DNA of 32,000 nt. Source: an uncultured archaeon. GTDB taxonomy: Archaea > Asgardarchaeota > Thorarchaeia > Thorarchaeales > CAZPUN01. The notes under the pieces were generated by a model. The model worked only from the letters and a program-made list of their open reading frames with translations, ran no database searches and was not told the DNA's origin. The position numbers and the translations under genes were made by a program. The stretch covers positions 30,001 to 62,000 of the forward strand of contig CAZPUN010000017.1 of NCBI GenBank assembly GCA_964589775.1, read 5' to 3'. The first letter of the stretch is position 1; each line of letters begins with the position of its first letter. Shown here one piece after another: positions 10,001 to 17,894 of this stretch.

Positions 10001-10907
10001 TCAATTTTGATAACTCTTGAATACTATCTTGAGAGATGCGTTCAATTTTCTTCGAGATTGTTGCCAATAAAGTATCTATTTGATTAGTATCCATGGATTT
10101 AATTTCAGATACGCTTTTTGCGATATCAGAAAGAACTGAAACAAAATCAGATTTAAGCTTTGATAAAACAGTCTCAATTTTTTCGGATACATTAGAAATT
10201 GTTTCATTTAAAGTATTGAGTGTCTCATCAATTTTTTTATCAGCCGACACCTTTTCATTATTAAGAGAATCAATAATTGTATCAGAACGAGTGGATATTG
10301 TTTTATTAATTTGCTCACGTACTGTATCAAGTTCAGATATTATATTTTTTAAAGACGTATCAATTTCATTTTTCAATGATGAGACGATCTCATTGATATT
10401 TGATTTGCTACTTGAACTAACACCTGAAAGGTATGAATCTATACTTTTTTCAAGTTCATCAACGATTTTCTTTATCAAGCTTTGAGTTTCGGACATAATA
10501 GCTTTTGATGTTGCTTCAATGCTTTCCGTGGTTTTTGCAAAGCTATTTTGGAAATCATCAATTATTTTTGAAATCAAATTTATTACTTCAGATGATCCAG
10601 ATTCTGCAACCTCACTCATTTTTGAAAATGACTTAGTAACCTGACGTATCGTTTCACTTAATGATTCAAATGGAGGAGCAGCTTTATATTTTACTACAAC
10701 GCCTTCAATTTTTATTATAAACTTACGGGCAATTAAATTAGACAGAATCGATTCGACTGAGCTAAGAGATAATTTTGATAAAATTGAGATTTCACCAGAA
10801 GTTAAAGGACCTGCAACCAAGATAGGTAAATATACGGAAACTTCATCAGTACTTAGCTCAAAATTTTTTGAGAGTATGTCTTGAATAACTTGATATTCAT
10901 CACTCAT
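7011..10907 (-). CDS. Giant TrmB-like protein: N-terminal winged HTH, ~1080-aa hendecad helical rod, C-terminal TrmB/PLD-like domain
   Basis: N-term LSTDEVSVYL...GPLTSGEI...KYKAAPP; C-term WHITGKDAI...MLSRTKSIVILSVP and CLRDSEELLL; nearly Pro-free amphipathic rod with 11-residue periodicity. Confidence 0.75.
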   Translation of the reverse strand: MSDEYQVIQDILSKNFELSTDEVSVYLPILVAGPLTSGEISILSKLSLSSVESILSNLIARKFIIKIEGVVVKYKAAPPFESLSETIRQVTKSFSKMSEVAESGSSEVINLISKIIDDFQNSFAKTTESIEATSKAIMSETQSLIKKIVDELEKSIDSYLSGVSSSSKSNINEIVSSLKNEIDTSLKNIISELDTVREQINKTISTRSDTIIDSLNNEKVSADKKIDETLNTLNETISNVSEKIETVLSKLKSDFVSVLSDIAKSVSEIKSMDTNQIDTLLATISKKIERISQDSIQELSKLSDDARTSLEHAIGEIDTSNQEILKSVEKAFENARDSLAAVNNEIDEWRNGIDTYIEIIRSSAIAQLERIHSLEDTFLKNSRSAILNEYEQLYKKRKEYLEQLKSLAESISLSGKEVVHSVESTIKDEIEKSFKLLNEEYTAKSHEITKSIDAEHKKLIKEVRDTIDSTANTSISNLRDVKNAVDESLSKVQQIVKTYIDEFSKSSDELSTSTLDEILDLINRYKSSISSKIDEVESAYSQISKSLSDEIRNVLNNLDTVIFEEITSSLTKINDYAGSLNETVVKLVDSQVSKLDAEKERIKQEFKKFSEQMISSFIDMVHSFEYSMNQFLESHIDDTKVQIRKSYTEFTELVNSELKKINEHSQLIKSNIEGVLDKYVKTVDEKLNAVQAELNELVNNNILETQEMVSTLDTSLKKLLSSYTQRSHDLYDSISTPIHEELTGVSESLSSKINESESTIRELSQSTISKSINQINKISLSINKYVESYANSQKEVLQDIFSEISNSFTKIDEFYDQSISEKQSVFINSINTLVESISEDRILLDKTLDDTIKSIKMKTDGLIANARDQISSGLLNLVTTAEASSDRVSIIIKDSYEQIDNIKSENIELLNSLKINLTGKMRTILENEINKSIDITRTITSQINDNIVSVINDNFTALKSKHDEIFSKFNSALSEYQNMSINNIDNSLSLVSESLNSSNTAFISTANSISDTHSKLLNSVIQHLTGNTEAIESIISGSINNIRKVTETTGKNINVIVKRNIKSLETKISNLVNQINQTTKSEIDSVSDELNLIINRESSKMISETKEIFDTIGKKVKTDLSSYDTKINKSFKKIIESSQSAISETTKFSQLLEELWKITDRFIPPGSELTWHITGKDAIIAHISDMLSRTKSIVILSVPDIESISVEQLSQVPTGAKRVLISPLKKTHELYQKIKDLGWEIWTGEIPSYICLRDSEELLLAPQAQKAPIVSLVSIDPGYVKIYSEIIGPQLIKFRRGS

Positions 10908-11725
10908 TTTTCTCCCTCCTTGATCTCATCTGAGATAAGTGAAAAAAGCGTTCTAAGACTACGTATCGGCATATTAATACCCCAATGTGAATCATTATCT
11001 TCAAAAACTTCAATAATTACATATGATTTAGATTCAGAATTTTGTATCTCAACATACTTGAATAGTTCACCCAATTTTTCAAAATATATAGACCGATCAA
11101 TCAAGTGGGGTATTTCAAATTTTAAAATGCCCCAATTCCGTATTGGATATGATAAGACGTAATCAATTGCATATATTTTCTTAAAGGATTCTAAATAAAG
11201 CTCAAATTGGTCTATCGTGGAGATTACAGAATTCGTGGGATTTACAATAGCAATACCTTTTATAAAGTTAAATTCGATTAACAGGTCATTAGCTGATATA
11301 AGAAGATATTTAGCCTTTCTAACCATAAAGTAATCGTCCCATTTATTTTTTGCAAAATTTATGAATTCGCGCATGGAACGTACTTTTACTAATTTAAATA
11401 AATCTTTAATATAAATTCGCTTATCATTAACACTCATACCATGCCCATCAATAAATGCTTTAATTTCAGTCATATGTTGAGAATAACAATACTTAGGGAG
11501 GTGCTCATGCTTCATACCAATATCAATCATCATGTTTAGAAGATTTCTATTTTCACAATCGGGCTTTATGCTGCATGTTAAACGATCTGATTGGCATTGC
11601 GCACATTTTGTTTCAACCAGTTTTAACATTTCTTGCATTATACCATTATCATCAGTTCTATTAAGAAAGCATACACGAGATGCAAAGTCAAGACTATATC
11701 GTGCATAATCCAAATTCAATCCCAC
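10904..11725 (-). CDS. Hypothetical Cys-cluster (putative metal-binding) protein
   Basis: CAQC-x6-C-x5-C and LPKYCY; ATGA overlap with the giant gene. Confidence 0.75.
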   Translation of the reverse strand: MGLNLDYARYSLDFASRVCFLNRTDDNGIMQEMLKLVETKCAQCQSDRLTCSIKPDCENRNLLNMMIDIGMKHEHLPKYCYSQHMTEIKAFIDGHGMSVNDKRIYIKDLFKLVKVRSMREFINFAKNKWDDYFMVRKAKYLLISANDLLIEFNFIKGIAIVNPTNSVISTIDQFELYLESFKKIYAIDYVLSYPIRNWGILKFEIPHLIDRSIYFEKLGELFKYVEIQNSESKSYVIIEVFEDNDSHWGINMPIRSLRTLFSLISDEIKEGEK

Positions 11726-11797
11726 CGAGATTTTAGTTTAGTTCTAAAATATAAAATAAAAAAGAAGATATTTAGCTTTTCTATTGCCCATTAAATT

Positions 11798-12484
11798 TTA
11801 TTTTCGGCGACTGAGAACTTTTTCAATTCGTTGTATCCAAGAATCAATGTCAGATTTTAATGCATTTACATCTGCATCGTTCAACGTCTGGCCCTCAGGA
11901 TATGATTTTAAATTCTTAGACCATTTTCCCATTTCGAAAAGTAGCGGTAGATATGTGGGTAACAAATCAGGCATACGATCTCGGAGGATTTCCATCGTTC
12001 TAGATAGTTCATGCGCATCTAAGTTCACTGAAATTTTTGATTTTAATTCTGTTAAAATACCAATTGCAGTGGGAGATTCGGAATTCAGTGACTCTAATTC
12101 AATACTATCTCGCTCAGGTTCAGGAACACTATGCGAAATAATTTGTGATGATGAAATTGTACTAGCAGTAGAAATATAGGGTTCACTTGATGTTTCTTTA
12201 CTCTTTTCCTCTGAAGATACAACAGCAGCTGTCTCATGAACTGCAGTCTTTTGTGACGCCAGAAAAGATTCAATTTGATTTAGCGCCTTATTGTATTTTC
12301 GCTCCAATGAATCCATTTGTTGAACAATTATTGCCACAATTTCACGAATTTCTTCTGTAAATTCTCTCAACTCATTAATTGTGGATTGCATTGAAGACAG
12401 TTCTTCAAGCTTATTTTCGATTTTTTTTAATTTTGCTATAATTTCTTTATTTTCATTACTTGTTTTCTTTTTCCCCGCTGACAT
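11798..12484 (-). CDS. Coiled-coil + Ser/Glu linker + Vps28 C-terminal-domain-like helical bundle protein
   Basis: C-term KWSKNLKSYPEGQTLNDADVNALKSDIDSWIQRIEKVL resembles the Vps28-CTD pattern W-x3-L...(D/Q)(T/E)L-x4-V-x2-L-x2-D(L/I). Confidence 0.55.
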   Translation of the reverse strand: MSAGKKKTSNENKEIIAKLKKIENKLEELSSMQSTINELREFTEEIREIVAIIVQQMDSLERKYNKALNQIESFLASQKTAVHETAAVVSSEEKSKETSSEPYISTASTISSSQIISHSVPEPERDSIELESLNSESPTAIGILTELKSKISVNLDAHELSRTMEILRDRMPDLLPTYLPLLFEMGKWSKNLKSYPEGQTLNDADVNALKSDIDSWIQRIEKVLSRRK

Positions 12485-12515
12485 AAATAATCCCTATAAA
12501 AAAAATAATTACTGA

Positions 12516-13367
12516 CTAAAAAACTTTGGCATTTTTTAGAATCTGCTTGCCCTTATAATATGGAAGACCTATCGCCTCAAAAATATCGATTAAATGACGC
12601 CTTTGCTTGCCTGAACACCCTTTCCAATCAATAATTGCAAAATCGATTTTGGAATCGGTCCGTTCAACCATCTTACGTACCATGTCTTCATCTAATTGGT
12701 CAAGTACATATTTTGCGGCCATATGTCCAATAGCGATGTCTGTCGAATACACAATATCATTAAATTTTGAGACATAGTGCCCTCCACCAAAACCAATAGC
12801 ATTCTTTTCTGAATGCTTATATTCTAATGCGATCCGCATAATAGAGCGAGCTACAGCCAAAGCACCCAATTTGTTGTTCCAATGGGTTTCATCACTACCC
12901 AATTCAACAAATATAATGGGAGTATTCAGATCAGTTGGACCATGATGCGTTGCTTCGAGCGATACATCAAAATCGTTCAAACTAAGAATTATCTTTTGAC
13001 GCATTAATTCGATAAGTGCGAGTTTTAATGCCATAGGCGCAGATACCGCAATTTCACGCGGATTTCCACCCAACGATGCATCATTACCAAGATTTCCAGG
13101 AGTATGTGCTAATAATGCAGGTACGCCAGATTTAGATTTATGACGAGATGCAAAAATAAATAGGTCGGTCTTGAATTTTTTCTCGATATGATTTGTATTG
13201 ATTAAATCTCTATCAGATGTTATTAATAATACATCAGTATCTTTGAACCTATACACGATATAGCCGTCAAATTCAATTTCAGTTGTATTAAATTCAAAGT
13301 GTGTCAACAATTGCCGTTTAATTGTCAAAGACGCCATGTCCTTAGATGATGCAATGATATAGGGCAT
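12516..13367 (-). CDS. dtdA: Archaeal D-aminoacyl-tRNA deacylase (DtdA/GEK1)
   Basis: FASRH, AHTPGN, EATHHGPT, FVELGS, GFGGGHY, GHMAAKY, IDWKG. Confidence 0.95.
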   Translation of the reverse strand: MPYIIASSKDMASLTIKRQLLTHFEFNTTEIEFDGYIVYRFKDTDVLLITSDRDLINTNHIEKKFKTDLFIFASRHKSKSGVPALLAHTPGNLGNDASLGGNPREIAVSAPMALKLALIELMRQKIILSLNDFDVSLEATHHGPTDLNTPIIFVELGSDETHWNNKLGALAVARSIMRIALEYKHSEKNAIGFGGGHYVSKFNDIVYSTDIAIGHMAAKYVLDQLDEDMVRKMVERTDSKIDFAIIDWKGCSGKQRRHLIDIFEAIGLPYYKGKQILKNAKVF

Positions 13368-13377
13368 TTATAATCGC

Positions 13378-14577
13378 CTACAATATGATTTCAACTGATT
13401 CTTCAATTCGCTCTTGAATTTCAGACTCAATCTTTAATTTATATTCATGTATTTTCTCATGATGCTTTTTAAGATCGTCTTGCGATTTTAGTAAGACATT
13501 TTGATGATATTCTAGATTGCGTTTTGCTTCTTCTAAGGCGTCTTCTAATTCCTTGAGGCGTGTATAAACATTTGAATTTTGTAATAGCTCATTCTTACGT
13601 GAAATAAGCTCTTTCGCTTTCTTTTGAATTTTTAATAATGAACCATTAATTATTTTTTCAGATTCTTCAATTGCTCGCCTTTGCAGGCGGTCCTTTAAAG
13701 AGAGATTTCCGGCATTTATCGTTTCAATTAGTCCGCGCAATGCCGCCTTTAAAGAAGGATAACCATCATCATCTTCATAAATAGCATTTAGTGGATCTTC
13801 AGAATATGATGAAATAGCCTTTGCACCACCGGGATATACCGTAGCAGTATGCTCATCCATTGCCTTTTGATACTTTTTAAAGGCTTTCTTCAATGGACTT
13901 AATTTCATTTTAAGTTCGCTTTCAAGAGATTTAATATCTGCATCTATAGACAAAAGTTCAGCTGCCTTTGTACTCTCCATAAATTTTTCAAGTTCGGTTT
14001 GTGCTTTCTCTAATTCAATTTTCGCAGTTTTAGATTTTGATTCCGCCATTTTGATTTCTTCTTCATAAAAACTAATCTTATCGATAAGAGAATACATGTT
14101 TTCAATATGATCTTTGACACGTTCAAGATCCTTTACCCATGAATAGGCCTGCATAAATTTTAGCAATTTTTGATAATCACTCTGAAGTATTTTTAATAAA
14201 TGGTCTAGATCACGAATTATCGGTTTATACTTTTTGTCTAATCTAGGGATCCAACGCCGGCCCCAATCAGTAATTTCAACGAAAAATGAACGAATACTTT
14301 TCTCCAAATTTTCAATACCGGAATATGTTATCTCTTCAGGAATTTCAATAGAATCTACAAGTTCTTTTATTTTTTCACCATATCTATAAGCAATTCCTTC
14401 AAGTTCTGCAGTTTCTTCAGGGCCACTAAGACGCTCTGCCACTTCAATTATATCAGGTAATAACTTCTTAATTGAATTTACAATTTTTTTACCATCATTT
14501 CTGAAAGACTTTGTTTTCTTACTAATCTTTTTAGAGTACCATTTCTCCAATTCCGAGATTTTAATTTTGGACGGCAA
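13378..14577 (-). CDS. Coiled-coil-rich hypothetical protein
   Basis: 399 aa, K/E-rich helical, two long coiled-coil segments flanking a small domain; TTG start. Confidence 0.8.
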   Translation of the reverse strand: MPSKIKISELEKWYSKKISKKTKSFRNDGKKIVNSIKKLLPDIIEVAERLSGPEETAELEGIAYRYGEKIKELVDSIEIPEEITYSGIENLEKSIRSFFVEITDWGRRWIPRLDKKYKPIIRDLDHLLKILQSDYQKLLKFMQAYSWVKDLERVKDHIENMYSLIDKISFYEEEIKMAESKSKTAKIELEKAQTELEKFMESTKAAELLSIDADIKSLESELKMKLSPLKKAFKKYQKAMDEHTATVYPGGAKAISSYSEDPLNAIYEDDDGYPSLKAALRGLIETINAGNLSLKDRLQRRAIEESEKIINGSLLKIQKKAKELISRKNELLQNSNVYTRLKELEDALEEAKRNLEYHQNVLLKSQDDLKKHHEKIHEYKLKIESEIQERIEESVEIIL

Positions 14578-14638
14578 TGCATCGACACACTCCTAATTAG
14601 AAAAATAAAAAACAAAAACACTTTTCAATATTTGTATA

Positions 14639-15130
14639 TTAGATAAAATCTGGCGCACGTAATCCAAGCGCCTCCATTTTGGCAAAACCTTGTGAAAATA
14701 AACTCATATAATGTCTAATCTCTGTTTCAATTTCTAATAATTCAGAAATGATTAATGATGCTTCATCTGTATCTTTTTCGCTGATTGCATCAATAAGATC
14801 TGTTAATAAATCACTAAATCGCATTAATAATTCTTCAATATTGTCAAGAATATCCAACATGGATTGAAGAACTGCACTATATTCCGGACCAGAAACAGCC
14901 GATAAAACATCGCCAATGGCTAATCTACAATTATCAACTTGAGAAAGCCTATGTGCAATTAAGACATCTCGTAAGTCTATGAGATAAGTTAACATTTCTT
15001 CATGCGTGAATTTTAATAGTTCATCAAGAGATAGATATTGAACTTGAGGACCAAATTCAGTACCTTCAAAAGACAACCATTGATTAAAAGCTTCTATTAC
15101 CCTTTCCCAGTTTTGAATAAGATCGTCCAT
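14639..15130 (-). CDS. Acidic all-helical hypothetical protein
   Basis: ATG 15130 preceded by GAGGAGGT SD; Leu/Asp/Glu-rich amphipathic helices. Confidence 0.8.
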   Translation of the reverse strand: MDDLIQNWERVIEAFNQWLSFEGTEFGPQVQYLSLDELLKFTHEEMLTYLIDLRDVLIAHRLSQVDNCRLAIGDVLSAVSGPEYSAVLQSMLDILDNIEELLMRFSDLLTDLIDAISEKDTDEASLIISELLEIETEIRHYMSLFSQGFAKMEALGLRAPDFI

Positions 15131-15192
15131 ATAATACCTCCTCAAAACGTAATATTCATATCTATAAATATTAAACGAATCATTGAATTACA

Positions 15193-16365
15193 TTGAAATG
15201 TAGAAAGCATTCACTATCCATCCTCGAACCATACTATTCGAATAATAAAATCTATGACAAATATTCATTCTTAACAAATATAAACTATTTTAAAGAATGC
15301 GAGTCAGAACTTAAAATAGCAATATATCCGTATAATATCGATGAAATTTTAGATGAAATTAAAACAATCCCAAATTTATTAGTAATCTCAAAACAGAATT
15401 ATATTTTTGTAGATCATGAATTATCAATCAATATAAACATGTTTAATGACTCAAAATTAAGAATTATAGATGTAGGAAATGTAAAATTTGGGATAATTCA
15501 AAATGACGAACTTTTTGATAATTCTATAATCGATTTGCTAATTAACGAAAAAGTCAATGCAATAATATATGTCTCATGGACACTAAACACCGAATTTTCA
15601 GAACTACTTGATAAAATCATTCAAGGCGATTCTGTAAAGCTAAATGTATTTTTTATATATCTAACATTAGGCAATCCATTAGGACCAAATAAAACAAAAA
15701 TATACAATGCAAAAGGGATAGATATAACAGAAGAAGACAATTTTAAAATTGCACCAATAAAATTAGCAAAACAAATAGAGATACGAAACTCAATTGGAGC
15801 GCCATATTTCAATTTACCAAAAATAAAGTATTCAAAAGAAAAAGGAGAGCCGAAAAGAAGAATAACAGGAAGAGACGAGGGCGGATTAATTAATTGGATA
15901 TCAATTTCTACATATGATGTAATAAATTTGAAACATGTCATAGCAAATAAGAAATTTACAATACTAAATACAAAAAATATTGCACAGATAAACCAAATAT
16001 TTAGATTTGCTATTGAAGAAAAATCCCTTGTGAAAAAGGCATATATCGAATTTCATAATGAGATTTTTGATCTTAAATATGTAATTAATAGCAATACAAT
16101 TACATTTACATTACCCAAGATGCTTTTACCTGGAGAGCAAATTACATTCCATATAGAGTATGAAATTTTTCAATCAAATGCACTTAAAGTATTAACAGGA
16201 GGATTTATGAGTTCAATTGGAGTCATTAATGTGCATAAAAAAGAGTATACATTTACAATTAATCCAAATAAAATTATAACAATGGATGGAACTATCCGAA
16301 ATGTTTGGAGCAATAACAATCTAAATAAAGATTTAGAAATTGGAATAAAATATGAACAGAAATAA
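15193..16365 (+). CDS. Hypothetical protein with degenerate nitrilase/CN-hydrolase-like N-domain and beta-rich C-domain
   Basis: IIDVGNVKFGIIQNDELF...KVNAIIYVSW and NKTKIYNAKG resemble nitrilase motifs without the catalytic Cys; start uncertain. Confidence 0.55.
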   Translation: MKCRKHSLSILEPYYSNNKIYDKYSFLTNINYFKECESELKIAIYPYNIDEILDEIKTIPNLLVISKQNYIFVDHELSININMFNDSKLRIIDVGNVKFGIIQNDELFDNSIIDLLINEKVNAIIYVSWTLNTEFSELLDKIIQGDSVKLNVFFIYLTLGNPLGPNKTKIYNAKGIDITEEDNFKIAPIKLAKQIEIRNSIGAPYFNLPKIKYSKEKGEPKRRITGRDEGGLINWISISTYDVINLKHVIANKKFTILNTKNIAQINQIFRFAIEEKSLVKKAYIEFHNEIFDLKYVINSNTITFTLPKMLLPGEQITFHIEYEIFQSNALKVLTGGFMSSIGVINVHKKEYTFTINPNKIITMDGTIRNVWSNNNLNKDLEIGIKYEQK

Positions 16366-16993
16366 TCTAGAAATTGATTTTTTGTTTAAAATATTAAAAT
16401 TATCTGTAGGCGATAAATTAGAAATAAAAGATATAGACAATATTGCGTATTACGAATCCACAAATACTATAACAATAACTCCACATCTAAAACTATTTGC
16501 AGCTGAAAAGCTCTTACAAAATCACTTTGATATCGAACAAATTTTACAGTATTCAACATGGAAAGACTTTGAATCGTTTATTGAAGAGATCCTCAAAGAA
16601 CATGATTTTATTACGGGCAAGAATATTAGATTTAGAGACAAAAGAACAAAGAAATTATATGAAATTGATGTAATTGGAATATCATATAATTATGGAATTG
16701 CCATAGATTGTAAAAAATGGAAACATCGCCCAAGTAAACACTCAGCACTTAGAGCCGCAGCGATAAAGCAAAAAGAACGTGTGATCGCAATGAAGCGATC
16801 TTATGAAAATATAGAAAAATATCCAATATTAAAAATAATAAAAGAGAAAAATGTAAGAATGTTTCCAATAATAGTAACATGGGCAAATGAAGATATGGAT
16901 ATAATTAATGGAATTCCAATAATACCAGTAGCAAATTTTAACGACTATCTATTAAAATTTGACGAGTTTAATGATTATTTATTCTCAATATAA
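16352..16993 (+). CDS. Mrr-like PD-(D/E)xK endonuclease-fold protein
   Basis: WKDFESFIEEIL, EIDVIG, IDCKKW. Confidence 0.8.
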   Translation: MNRNNLEIDFLFKILKLSVGDKLEIKDIDNIAYYESTNTITITPHLKLFAAEKLLQNHFDIEQILQYSTWKDFESFIEEILKEHDFITGKNIRFRDKRTKKLYEIDVIGISYNYGIAIDCKKWKHRPSKHSALRAAAIKQKERVIAMKRSYENIEKYPILKIIKEKNVRMFPIIVTWANEDMDIINGIPIIPVANFNDYLLKFDEFNDYLFSI

Positions 16994-17006
16994 TGAAGGG
17001 ATATAT

Positions 17007-17882
17007 ATGAAAATTGGAATAGCATATCACAAAGACATTAGTAATTGGACTACTGCAGAGTTAATTAAGGCAATTAAGGATGAAGGCGAGGAACCCGTAC
17101 CATTTCAAGTTCAAGAAGTTACTGCAGACATACCCGACAACTTTTCAATAGGAAAACAATTAGAGCCCTTGAATGATCTTAATGCAATAATATTAAGAAC
17201 ATATGGATTTGGTACAACAGACCAACTTACGTATAGAATAAGCTTATTTGAACACTTAGAAAATGCCGGGATACCCGTAATAAATTCAACCCACGCATTT
17301 AGAAAAGCTAAAGACAAATATGCCGCATTATTCACATTAAGTAAAGCCGGTATTCCAGTACCAAAAACTAGAGTCACGGAAAACTTAGATGCTGCAATTG
17401 AGTTCTTAGATCATGTGAAAAGCGTCATAATAAAGCCATTATTGGGCTCCAGGGGATATGGTATAATAAAAACTGATAATAAAGATTTAGCATATCGAGC
17501 TTTAAAATTCATATTTTCTCTTGGACAAGTCCTCTATTTACAAGAGTATATTGAAAAGCCAGATAGAGATATACGAGCTTTTGTAATTGGCGATGAAGTA
17601 ATAGGTGCCATGTATAGATATTCTACAAATTGGAAAACAAATGTCTCACAAGGTGCGAAACCGGTTGGTTGCAAATTAAGTGAGGAATTAGAGGAAATAG
17701 CAATTAAAAGTGCTCATGCAATAGGACTTGATTATACAGGAATTGATATAATTGAGGGAAAAGATGGACCCTATGTAATAGAGACAAATGCGGCGCCAAG
17801 TTGGCATGGATTAGAAGAAGCTATTGGTGAAAACGTATCAAGAAAAATAATAAGATATGTGAGAGCAAAAGCTCGAAAATAA
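17007..17882 (+). CDS. RimK-family ATP-grasp alpha-L-glutamate ligase
   Basis: KDKY, GIPVPKT, IIKPLLGSRGYG, YLQEYI, DIRAFVIG, WKTNVSQG, GIDI, IETNAAP; ATG 17007. Confidence 0.92.
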   Translation: MKIGIAYHKDISNWTTAELIKAIKDEGEEPVPFQVQEVTADIPDNFSIGKQLEPLNDLNAIILRTYGFGTTDQLTYRISLFEHLENAGIPVINSTHAFRKAKDKYAALFTLSKAGIPVPKTRVTENLDAAIEFLDHVKSVIIKPLLGSRGYGIIKTDNKDLAYRALKFIFSLGQVLYLQEYIEKPDRDIRAFVIGDEVIGAMYRYSTNWKTNVSQGAKPVGCKLSEELEEIAIKSAHAIGLDYTGIDIIEGKDGPYVIETNAAPSWHGLEEAIGENVSRKIIRYVRAKARK

Positions 17883-17894
17883 AAAGTAAAGAAA

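Noticed and set aside
7011-10907. SMC/Rad50 or chemoreceptor call for the giant protein
   Set aside because: No Walker A/B, signature, hinge, TM segments or MCP hairpin motif
7468-11162. Several plus-strand ORFs inside the giant gene and its neighbour
   Set aside because: Antisense shadows with Ser/Ile/Phe-rich composition; the same applies to other short nested ORFs in the track
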